Shown here one piece after another: positions 53,299-64,000 of a stretch of 64,000 nt of DNA. How positions within the stretch are numbered: the stretch's first letter is position 1; every line of letters starts with the position of its first letter. The DNA is from Octopus vulgaris (Eukaryota). Where the stretch lies: NCBI GenBank assembly GCA_951406725.2, contig OX597826.1, positions 53,940,001 through 54,004,000 on the forward strand. The letters are read 5' to 3'. The translations under genes and the position numbers were made by a program. The notes beneath the pieces were generated by a model. That model made no database searches, was not told the DNA's origin, and saw nothing but the letters and a program-made list of their open reading frames with translations.

Positions 53299-53327
53299 GT
53301 ATGGAAAACAAAAATATACACACATAC

Positions 53328-53374
<47 letters not shown>

Positions 53375-53379
<5 letters not shown>

Positions 53380-53541
53380 GAGGGGATTCTTTCAGTTTCC
53401 GTCTACCAAATCCACTCACAAGACTTTGGTCGGCCCGAGGCTATATTAGAAGACACTTGCCCAAGGTGCCACGCAGTGTGATTGAACCCGGAACCATGTG
53501 GTTCGTAAGCAAGGTACTTACCACACAACCACTCCAACACC
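53375..53541 (-). mobile_element. SINE family A 5' half
   Basis: Ends at the internal (TA)n; a similar half copy lies at 63262-63437. Confidence 0.85.
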
Positions 53542-54599
53542 TATATATATATATATATATATGGTGAAATCAAACATTGAAAATAACAAATAACAAAACA
53601 ACAAAAGGGTACACACACACACAAGCATACTTTAATTTGGAAAATCATAAATATCAAATACATAAAAATTAGCCATAGTTAGAAATTTTCAGTATATATG
53701 TGTATATGTATGAGTGTATGTTATAGTCTCTTTGCTTTGACAAAATGAGATAGCTGTAATTGAGTGTAACTGTCATGCAAGAGGGGGTCCTTTATTTCCA
53801 ATATTCTGTGCAAACATGTCTGGTCACGAGGAACTATTAACTTACTTAGAAAAAAGGAGAGAGTTGGTGACACAGAAAATCAGCCTGAACAAATTCCATC
53901 TGACCCGTAAAAGCATGGAAAAGAGGACATTAAAACAACAACAACGACAACGATAATGGTGGTGGTGGTGGTGGTGATGATGGTGGTGATGGTAGTGGTG
54001 GTGATGGTGTTGGTGGTGATTGTAGTGGTGGTGTTCCAACAATCTTAGCAATGCAAGCCACAACGTCTTCCCACCCAACCCCCACCCCGACACATACACA
54101 CTACTCACTGCAATTATCAATGTAGGCCCAGTCATCATTATACTATCCTAATTAATTTTCTTAGTAATGAAACAGTCCCTCCACATCCCAGCCACCTCAG
54201 AAAAACAACCAAAAACTACCAGGCAAGCAGATTAAAGCGTATAATTTCTTTCATTAAAATGGATTGAACTGACAATGAAGGAGATAGAGATAGGTTGCAG
54301 GGTGAGCTATATAAAGTCAAGAGACATTATGGCTATATCAATGATTAGTATTTATAACTAATGAGTATAAATTTATTATAAGTGATTTTGGTAAGATTGC
54401 CAATTATGAATATGATATATAATAGATTCAAGAAACGTGTCGTTAGCAGCAATTTTTTTTTATTCGTTTGATATAATGGCCGTTAATCTATGATGATCTT
54501 ATTATATTTCAGGATGGTCATTTTATTTATTTATTTTTTTTTTTTTCTTTTTGGCCAAATAACCACATGTACTCTATATTCGTTCTTCACTTGAGACTT

Positions 54600-54880
54600 A
54601 TTATTATTCTTATTTCAATGTCCCTTGTCTGAAATTTTTCATCACACATCCATTGACCTTTACGACGATTCTCCATCCTCTGCGTCTACCTCTGGTCCCA
54701 TTTAGTCCATTCTGTCTTTCCGTGGTGTGTATTGTTATCTGCTGAAAATGGACTAAACAAAACAGGAGGAAACATGTGGGATAAAGACTCACTGAAAAGG
54801 TCACAGGACATGTGGCGAGAGAATTCAGACATAGAACACCAAATTAAGAATTATTCTTAATTTGGTGTTCTATGTCGGAA
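54600..54880. repeat. unclassified interspersed repeat ending in a perfect palindrome
   Basis: 54640-54735 resembles 11480-11575; 24-bp perfect arms at 54828-54851 and 54853-54876. Confidence 0.6.
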
Positions 54881-55169
54881 ATGAAGAACAAGTATGTAGC
54901 ATGTGTGATTATTTGGCAAAAAAAAAAAAAAGAAAAGAAAAGAAGCTTGGTTCCCAACCACACGGCTCAGGGTTCAGTCCCACTGTGTGGTACCTTGGGC
55001 ACGAGCTTCAGAGACTGCAACACAACATGCAGATCGACTTACAAGAGATGCTGCAGCAACATGCTGCTGCACGTACTACAGAGGCTACAGGGGAAAGACA
55101 ACAACAGATGTTGCTCTATGCAGCAAACAGGAAAATATCAGGTAACCACACCCTTGTCATCCTCCTCCT

Positions 55170-55630
55170 CATCATCATCATCGTTTAACGTCCACTTTCC
55201 ATGCTAGCATGGGTTGGACAATTTGACTGAGGTCTGGCGAATCAGATGACAGCACCAGGTTCCAATCTGATCTGGTAGAGTTTCTACAGCTGGATGCCCT
55301 TCCTAACGCCAACCACTCTGAGAGTGTAGTGGGTGGTTTTACGTTCCACTGGCACGAGGGCCAGTCAGGCGGTACTGGCAACAGCCATGTTCAAATGGTG
55401 TTTTTTACATGCCACCTGCACAGGAGCCAGTCCAGCAGCACTGGCAACAACCTCACTTGAAGGATTTTTCATGTGCCAGTAAGGTGACGCAGTTAATGAT
55501 CACACTGAAATGGTGCTTTTTATGTGCCACTGGCACGGGAGCCAGTTTGTAGCTCTGGCAACGATCATGCTCAGAAGGTGCTCTTAGCGCTCCACTGGCA
55601 CGGATGCCAGTCATCGAATTTGATTTATTT
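55170..55630 (-). mobile_element. SINE-like family D with internal tandem units
   Basis: (CAT)n tail, ggatgcccttcctaacgccaacc body, repeated tggtg..ttttacgtgccac..gcac units. Confidence 0.8.
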
Positions 55631-56082
55631 CATTAGCATAATCTCCACAGTATGCTCTTTGTTAAATGTCCCCAATTGTGAGGTAGGCAACTGATACTAC
55701 ACATTTCATCTTTTTTGCACAGGCCACAAGTCAAATTTTTTGTTTAGATAATGTTGTATGTGCAACCCAGCAAAACAGCAGGTGAACATACTTTTCCTCT
55801 TTATGTCATATCTTTAGGCTCAACCTTTCCATCTGCTAAATAGCACATGTCAGCAGTTATGTGGTAAGGAAAATAAATTCAATTACTGCCAGTTTTTTAC
55901 AGATTGACCTACTGTCCCAATGGAAAACAATGACAATGATGTGGACATATGACTCTGCATGTTCACTATTGCACTAAATAACTCAAACAACACAGGAAAC
56001 ATCTGCCATAATGATTTCTTTCATTCAGTTCAGAGATGCATCCGTGAATGGTCTAATAACCAAACAGGCATACTTAACAAAC

Positions 56083-56330
56083 AGCCCTGGGCAACGCCGG
56101 GTATGCCTACTAGTATATATATATATATATATATAAAGATGAGAATGTGTGTCTGTCTGTCTGTGTGAATCCCTAAAACTCGAGAACTACACAACCAATT
56201 TCATTCAAGTTTTACACATGCCTTACTTTGGATCCATGCAATGTCATGGGCCAAAAAAGTATTCAACTTCTTGTCTAATGTGAGCCAAGAGCAATCTTTT
56301 ACCTCTTACATTATTTTAGTATACATATTA
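56083..56330 (+). mobile_element. Helitron 3' terminus followed head-to-tail by a Helitron 5' segment
   Basis: GC hairpin ccctgggcaacgccggg, then CTAG|T (56110-56113); followed by (TA)n-aaag...(GTCT)n...ccaatttcattcaagtttt, typical of a non-autonomous Helitron 5' end. Confidence 0.7.
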
Positions 56331-56809
56331 TGGTATACATATTATGTGTATATATATATATTACAATCATGAAATTAGCATTAGCTTATCTCAATCTTTC
56401 TCATGGAATCCCTAGGAACCTTTTGTGGAACCCTAGGGTTCCGGGGAACCCTGGTTGAGAAATGCTGGTTGAGAGGCTAAAGTATGACAGTGGGACATGC
56501 ACAGGTGTCCTGCTATAGAGGATATACATAGCTGTGAAGGTAATAAATACACACACATGCACAAATTTTGGTATATATATTTTGGTATACATATTATATG
56601 TATATATATATGTATGCATTTGCACATATGTGTATATATAGATGTATATGTATAAATGTATAGATATATGTATAAATATATGTATGCATGTATTTATGTG
56701 TATATATGTGTACATAATATATGTATGTATATATATAAATGCATATGTAATATATATACATGCATACATATATTTACACATATATACATATACATACAAT
56801 ACATACATT

Positions 56810-56860
<51 letters not shown>

Positions 56861-56864
<4 letters not shown>

Positions 56865-57245
56865 GTGTCGCTGTGTGGTAAGAAACTTGGTTCCAAAGCA
56901 TGTGGTCCTGGATTCCCACTGTGTGGTAACTTGGCATGTGTCTTCTGCTATAGCCTCAGACCAGCCAAAGCCTTGTGAATGAATTTGGTAGGCAGAAACT
57001 GAAAGAAATCAATCGTATGTATATATATATATGCATGTATGTATATATGAAAGTGTATGTGTGTGTCTTTGTATCTGTGTTTCTCCCTCATCACTGCCTG
57101 ACAACTGGTGTTGGTTTATTTACATCCCCATAACTTACTGGTTTGACAAGAAGAGACCGATAGAATAAGTACAAGGTTTATCAAAATATAAAAAAAAGCA
57201 CTGGGGTTGATTTATTCAACAAAAAATTCTTCAAGGCAGTGTCTC
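56861..57245 (+). mobile_element. SINE family A, 3' clipped
   Basis: Head, microsatellite, body. Confidence 0.85.
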
Positions 57246-57341
57246 ATATTTTTGGTTACCCATTCAATTGTATCTATCAATCTATCTTTCTGTGTATATA
57301 CATACATATATATATAATACGCACACATGCATGTATGTATA

Positions 57342-57379
<38 letters not shown>

Positions 57380-57394
<15 letters not shown>

Positions 57395-59167
57395 AATGTC
57401 TTTATGTGCGTTCGTGTGTTACTTATAGACTCGAAAGCTACTGCACTGATCCTAATGAAATTTGGAACACAAAATCCAAGCCTAGGGAGAAGGGTAATGC
57501 CATATGTTTCATACAATTTCATGGAACAAAATTACTGAATGGATCGTTATGATATTTGGAACTTAGATTCAATGCATAAGGACAGGTACAATGCAGTATG
57601 TTTGGCTTGAATTTGAGGTGGCTTAAAGGGGGAAGAACCCCACTCCCACCCATGAAAATTCATTAATTTCTGATGCTGATGAAATTTCAACAATAGGTAA
57701 TTGACACACATCAAGAAGTATTCCCAAAGTTTCCTCTTCTCATGAGGATTCTAAGACCCCCTAATGGGGGCCTTAACTCCCAAATTTTAGTCCTTCTTTA
57801 TGATCCAAAACTAGATCAAAAGTACTGAATGGATCTTTATGAAATTTGGAAATTATATTCTATGCATAAGAACAGATGTAATACAGTATATGTTTGAAAG
57901 TGAGGGGGCATAAATAAGACCATAACCCCCATGAAAATTCATATGTTTTTGCTGCTGATGAAATTTTAACCATAGATATTAGAAGTAATATTCCTAAAAT
58001 TTCAACTTCTTAGGAGTTAGTAAGACCCCTTATTGGGGGCTTAACCCCTATAATTTAGTCATTTTTTTCCTAAACCAAGACGAATACAATTGTAGTCTTG
58101 GAAGCTGTAGAATCACCCAGGCATACAAGATGAGTGCTATTTGTAATTCAATGTACAACAGTGTAAGAGTTTGCTTTGAGATATACTTAGATTATGATTT
58201 CTTGAATGTGGTGCATAAATTGTCAAGTAAAGGAGAGGCATCTTTGCACAAAATCCAAGCCTAGAGAGAAGGGTAATGCCATATGTTTCATATAATTTCA
58301 TAGAACAAAATTACTGAATGGATCGTTATGATATTTGGAACTTAGATTCAATGCATAAGGACAGGTACAATGCAGTTGCAAAGTGATATTTTGAGTAAAG
58401 TTATTTGGTTGCAGACCTCCTTTCAGTCTTTTTATTATCACTGGGTCAGAGATAGTCCCCAGATGGTAACATTGATTTCAAGGCCTTTCCAGATAAGTGA
58501 TTGGTCATTCAAAGAGATTTATAGATTGCAAATTTATTCTATTCAGTTACCCATCAGCATAATGACCATTGGCAAACTCCAGAGGTGACACTTTCATTTT
58601 CCCTTAGCCCTCACGTCACACAGTTGTTAATGTTTATTTGAGTTGGGCTATGCCCCTTCAATTACTATAGATACGTAATACATCTTACAGCTGTACAGGT
58701 CACCTGTATGGTGAAGAATCCTACATTGGGGAGTGCAAACCCAGTGAACATTCATATATTTCCGATTTCAAAGAAATTTGAACAACAGATATAAGACACA
58801 AATTAAAAAAGATTCCCAACAATTCAACTTCTCTGGCTGACTTTAAGATCCTACCCCTAATAGAGGCCTTAACTCCCACATTTTAGATCTCCATGCGTTC
58901 CATTTTTCAGGAGCAAAATCCTTTGAATAGGTTTTATAAGATTTGGATTTTGGAATCTGGGCATAAAGATGAGTAGTATGGGATAAATATGTCATGATTA
59001 GAATTTTTGTTTTGGTGTGTGAAGAAGGAAAGAACCCTTATTAAAATTCTTAATCTCCAATTTTGATGAAATTCGAATCATATGTATTCGAGTTCTAATG
59101 GGAAAATATAAAAGAAAAGTCTAATTCTTCAGTTCCATGTGACAAGCAACGCCGGGTATCTCTGCTA

Positions 59168-59168
<1 letters not shown>
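57380..59168 (+). mobile_element. non-autonomous Helitron with internal subrepeats and decayed PIF1 helicase remnant
   Basis: 3' end gcaacgccgggtatctctgCTAG|T; ~290-bp internal subrepeats; 57466-57596 duplicated at 58246-58377; 58499-58588 DWSFKEIYRLQIYSIQLPISIMTIGKLQR resembles PIF1 DLPF.FKRLQFP.RLAFAMTINKSQG. Confidence 0.7.
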
Positions 59169-59235
<67 letters not shown>

Positions 59236-59719
59236 TTATATATATATACATATATATATATATACACACACACACACATACACACACACAGATACATATA
59301 TATATGTATATATATATTAGTTGTAGGAGTTTCCATTCATTGAAAGAAGTGGTAATAGACAGTCAACATTTATATATTAGAATAGCCAGAGAACATAAGT
59401 AGTAGAGTTGAATTGGTTAGGAGGCAGTGAAAGAGAGATTAAGAAAAGAGAAAGAGAGAGAGAGAGTGAGTAAAAGAGGAATAATAGAGAGAGGGAGTAA
59501 TAGAGTGAGAGAGAGAGAGAGAGAAAGTGAGCTGCATGTAATTGTTGAGATGCATTTAATTGTCAGGCTCATTCATAAAAGATTAGTAAGTATGTCTTAT
59601 GATGCAGAAATTGCTAGCATTCAATAGTTTGTAGGTCTTTCATTATATATATAACCACTGAACAGAAAGACATATACTAGAACATGTGGAATGATGATGT
59701 GAACTTGCTAATAATACAT

Positions 59720-59810
59720 TACCGTATTTTCCGGCATATAAGTCAAATTTTTCACACCAAAATTAGCACCCCAAAAAAGGTAGGTTAACTTATGTACACC
59801 AAGATGACTT
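59720..59810 (+). mobile_element. Tigger/pogo-like DNA transposon end fragment
   Basis: TA-ccgtattttccggcatataag terminus typical of Tigger-type TIRs. Confidence 0.5.
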
Positions 59811-60519
59811 TGGAGGACCAAAACTTCCATGTAAAGTGTGGCAATATTTGGAAAGATAGTGATGATATTTGAATGTTTATATTGCACTTTTGAACTGTGC
59901 ATATTACACTAACTTGCATGCAGGAAAATATGGTACCTAATTATAACTTTCCTTTCAGACAAATACTTTTAACCTAAATTTTGGAGCCACTCAATTTAAA
60001 ATCAGAATCTCTAAAAGTATAGAGATACAGAGCAGCTAATCCCTCTTTCAGAAAATTATTTTCCATCTTAAATGCAAAGTGCATGTTCTTCCTTTGTTTT
60101 ATTTTATTAATTATTTAATCATATTTTTTTAGTATATTCCCCCCCCCCACCACCACCACCACTCTATCATATTTTATTAGTTATTTTATATAGAAACTTA
60201 TGACCAATAGCATCATTTGTTAGGAGTTTCTAACAGACTAATCAGTGGTTCACTTTCTGATGGTACAAATGATGAATGAATTTATTAACTGAAACTCCAT
60301 GCAATAGAGTTCACTTCTACCAAAAAACAAACCTGCTTCTTGCAAAAAAAACTTTGTTTGAAGAGCACATTTTTTTACTGACATGCACTGTTAAAGGTAG
60401 AAACATACATATATATGTGCATTTGTGCATGTGTGTGTATTTATTACCTTCACAACCATGTATATCCTCTATAGCAAGACACCTGTGCATGTCCCACTGT
60501 CATACTTTAGCCTCTCAAC

Positions 60520-60763
60520 CAGCATTTCTCAACCAGGGTTCCCCGGAACCTTAGGGTTCCACAAAAGGTTCCTAGGGATTCCATGAGAAAGAGTGAGATA
60601 AGCTAATGCTAATTTCATGATTGTAATATATATATATATATATTTACCACGTGAACTATGATGAGAAAGATATGGTATATAATTTTTTGTTTGGGCAGGG
60701 GTTCCTAGAGACATGTAATTTATGTTAAATGTTATGCAGGGGTAAAATGGTTGAGAAACACTG
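60520..60763. mobile_element. hAT-type MITE with 8-bp TSD
   Basis: TIRs cagcatttctcaacc / ggttgagaaacactg; TSD ctctcaac / ctttcaac (7/8). Confidence 0.85.
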
Positions 60764-61124
60764 CTTTCAACACCTGGCTCAAAGTCATCTCTCTCTCTAT
60801 TACAACCCTACCCAGTCAAGGGTTTTTTCCTTGGTCTTGAAATGTTACTTGGAAACTTCACTAGTGCTGGCATCACAACAGAAGCACCCAGTATGCTTTG
60901 TAAAGTGGTTGGTGTTAGGAAGAATAACCAGTTGTAGAAACCATGCCAAAACAGACACTGAAGTTCAATGCAATCCATCAGGTCATTGGATCCTGTCAAA
61001 CCAACCAATCCCAGTTAGGTGAATGATGGCCATTAAATGATAATGGTAAGAGAGAGAGAGAGAGTGAACTTTCATTCTAGAATTTCCAGTGTGAAGCCAT
61101 CTTCAGACAAGTCAGACTGATCAA

Positions 61125-61362
61125 TGGCCTTCACGCCACCCTTCATTCTCCGTTCGTCCACGCGCCACGGAGCCGCCAGCGGCAGGCCTGCGCCGGTCGC
61201 CCATTCCTCCGCTGCGCTACTGTGCCCGAAATTGAAAGAGCGAACCTAAGTGTGCGGTATCGCCCACGTACGCGTGGACGTGGACGTAGCCGCGACCGAT
61301 GTCGCGAGATGCACGCGCTCGATACGGCGACGTGGTCCGTCCCGTAAATTCCCGAAGCCACT
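61125..61362. other. GC/CpG-rich segment of unknown origin
   Basis: Hand count: about 142/220 G+C and about 35 CpG in 61141-61360, against an AT-rich, CpG-poor background; single copy in the window. Confidence 0.85.
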
Positions 61363-61635
61363 TGACTGGATTAAATAAATTAATGTGGCTTACTTATGTT
61401 CATATTGAGTACTTCTCTGAGCTGTTACCTAACAATGGCTATACATCTATATCTATACATTTATACACTTCTGCCACACACACAAGATGGGCTTTTATGC
61501 AGTTTCTCTCTACCGAATTTAACTCACATACAATTATTAGCCCTCATCTATTGCTTCAGGATGACTAACAATACCTTGTAAAGGGAATTCGTAAGTGGAA
61601 TGGTGAAAGACATTTACCAAAATTGCCAAGGCTAT

Positions 61636-62060
61636 TTCAAAGGTGGCAAGCTGGTAGAAACGTTAGCATGCCAAGGAAAATGCTTCGCTGTATTTCATCT
61701 GCCGCTACGTTCTGAGTTTAAATTCCACCGAGGTCGACTTTGCCTTTCATCCTTTCAGGGGTCGATAAATTAAGTACCAGTTACGCACTGGGGTCGATGT
61801 AATCGACTCAATCCCTTTGTCTGTGCTTGTTTGTCCCTTCTGTGTTTAGCCCCTTGTGGGTAGTAAAAAAATAGGTATTTCGTCTGCCGTTACATTCTGA
61901 GTTCAAATTCCACCGAGGTCGACTTTGCCTTTCATCCTTTCGGGGGTCGATAAATTAAGTACCAGTTACGCACTGGGGTCGATGTAATCGACTTAATCCC
62001 TTTGTCTGTCCTTGTTTGTCTCCTCTATGTTTAGCCTCTTGTGGGCAATAAAGAAATAAG
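61636..62060 (+). mobile_element. SINE family B (two internal units) with TSD, inserted in an old family A copy
   Basis: aaaattgccaaggctat (61619-61635) / aaaattgccatggctat (62061-62077). Confidence 0.9.
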
Positions 62061-62907
62061 AAAATTGCCATGGCTATGGGATCAAACACAGAACCATATG
62101 GTTGTGAAGCAGACATTGTAACCATATTGCTATGCTTTCACCCATGTCAGCGTGAACTAGCAAATCTAACCGAATATCTCCAATGCAAATTTCCAAAGCA
62201 TTATGACCCAGCATTAAAGGAAAAAAAAACTACAAAATGATGTCTAATAAAGCTTGTAAAATTCTATATTGAAATGCACAGCATTTCTCAACGGTGAAAA
62301 TCCTGTCAGTTCTAATGTTCAATACATATCGTCAACTTTTATGGAGGAAAAGAAAGGACAAAAGAAGGACTATCAGAAACCTTGGTGGAAAAGGTGGACG
62401 TTAATAAAGATTAGCAGCCTTGGGAAAGATATAACAAGTTAGACCAGTAGAAGCAGGGTAAATTAAAGAATGAAGAGAAAGATAGATTAAAAGGGAATGC
62501 ATCAGACGAAGAATAAGTTAACCAAAAATAATCCTGTCTACAATAGGTACAATGTCTGAAATTTTGTGGGGGGGTTCAAGTTAGTTTTGGATTTATGGTT
62601 TTTACAAATGATATATATATATATATATAGGGTCACTGACCTTAGATATCTAATTACACACTTTCAAGAACTACATTCTTAACTTAAACTGCCAACATAG
62701 TTGGTCATTCTCCCATTTCCTAGCTGGCCTCAACAGGCACATCCCTGCTGTATTCTTAGATATTCTTTTGTGTGGTAAAATTACTTCTCATCAGCTGTCA
62801 TTATTCATTTGATTACATATATATATATATATTATATGTGCGTGCATGTGTGTGTATGTATATATATATTTATTATATATACATGAGTATGCATGCATAT
62901 ATATATA

Positions 62908-63221
62908 TCATCATCATCATCATCATCGTTTAACGTCCGTTCTCCATGCTAGCATGGGTTGGACGGTTCGACCGGGGATCTGGGAAGCCAGAAGGCTGCA
63001 CCAGGCTCCGGTCTTATCTGACAATGTTTCTACAGCTGGATGCCCTTCCTAACGCCAACCACTCCGTGAGTGTAGTGGGTGCTTTTTACGTGCCACCTGC
63101 ACTGGTGCCAGGTGAGGCTGGCATCGGCCACGGTCGGATTGGTGCATTTTACATGCCACCAGCACGGAAGCCAGTCGAGGCAGGACTGGCTTCGGCCACG
63201 ATTCGGATGGTGCTTTTTACG

Positions 63222-63226
<5 letters not shown>
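62908..63226 (-). mobile_element. SINE-like family D, young copy
   Basis: CpG-retaining body, (CAT)n tail on the plus strand. Confidence 0.85.
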
Positions 63227-63263
<37 letters not shown>

Positions 63264-63578
63264 GAGACAGGCTTCTTAAGTTTCCAACCATCAAATCCAC
63301 TCGCAATGCTTTGGTCAACACAGGGCTATAGTAGAAGACACTTGTCCAAAGCGCCATGCAGTGAGACTGAACCAAAGACCATATGGTCAGGAACCAAGGA
63401 AGCAAGCCCCTTAACCACACCACCACACTTGCACCTATGTCTTCAAAAAAAAAAAAATAGAAGAAGAAGAAGAAGAAAGGCAAAAGAAAAGAAAAAAGTA
63501 TTGAACTTAAGCCATGGCTTGAAGATATTCCAGTATTTACTACCACTGCAGTTTCTAAACTTTAAGTTCTCACATTAC

Positions 63579-63641
63579 CTTTGGCAATAACTCACTAACT
63601 CTTTTACCAATAGCAGGCTTAATTTGATATATCAACAAAAA
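63579..63641 (-). other. candidate 63-nt symmetric exon (FLLIYQIKPAIGKRVSELLPK)
   Basis: Minus strand ttttctaagcctactacAG acceptor and AAG|GTAATG donor; open only in phase 0. Confidence 0.2.
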
Positions 63642-64000
63642 CTGTAGTAGGCTTAGAAAATAAGTTGAATGCTAGAGTGTGAAACAATAGCAAATAGAAA
63701 ATAATGGAAATCTTTTGTTTTTACAGTTTTTAGCTTCTGTTTATCCTTTTTTTTTTTTTTTACAATATTAATTTTGTTACTCTTAATTATAATTATTCTT
63801 AATTGAATTATTCAACTTGTTTAATGATGCTATTTAATTATTGTTTATTAATATTCCTATTATTATGATTCTTTAATCCATCCTAGCTAGAATAAATTTA
63901 ATGAAGTTATGTTAGAAAGAATCATTTAATAAACATTGTTCAATAATAATTATTGATATAATGAAAGAGATATTCATTTCTAGGATGGTGAGAGCAAATA

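Noticed and set aside
54395-54445. GAAAC-GT-GTC hammerhead 3' half
   Set aside because: The upstream CUGANGA core is not recognisable.
61143-61361. 72-aa Arg-rich ORF in the GC island as a real gene
   Set aside because: Non-ATG start, Arg richness follows from CpG content, and no recognisable domain or splice signals.
62946-63590. 214-aa plus-strand ORF
   Set aside because: Reads through a family D element, a (TA)n tract, a half SINE A and an A-rich tract; chance open frame.

Overview
Eukaryotic, AT-rich, repeat-saturated intronic or intergenic DNA. The tRNA-derived SINE families and the (TA)n/(TG)n/(AAT)n microsatellite load closely resemble Octopus (coleoid cephalopod) genomic DNA; this is an inference from recalled repeat families, not a database result. 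I see no intact protein-coding gene, rRNA, tRNA or CRISPR array, and most listed ORFs are microsatellite or SINE artefacts. Supported content: dozens of copies of at least four SINE-like families; RTE and CR1-type LINE remnants, one RTE with a clean 16-bp TSD; piggyBac-, hAT- and Tc1/mariner-type MITEs; a Helentron/DINE-like element; and a Helitron complex with a decayed PIF1 motif. A few short unique segments carry good splice signals and may be exons of a long minus-strand gene (low confidence). Most notable: (1) a ~240-bp, ~65% GC, CpG-rich, self-complementary segment at ~61.1-61.4 kb that is compositionally foreign to the window; (2) a minimal hammerhead-ribozyme motif with a compensatory U3-A8 core at ~53.27 kb; (3) an AG|GTAAGT recursive-splice-like site at 29.86 kb; (4) a ~216-bp inverted duplication associated with a Helitron; (5) many fold-back structures that could be ADAR substrates; (6) a ~500-bp-offset duplication ladder at 49.4-52.5 kb that may be an assembly artefact. 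Coordinates of degenerate repeats are approximate.
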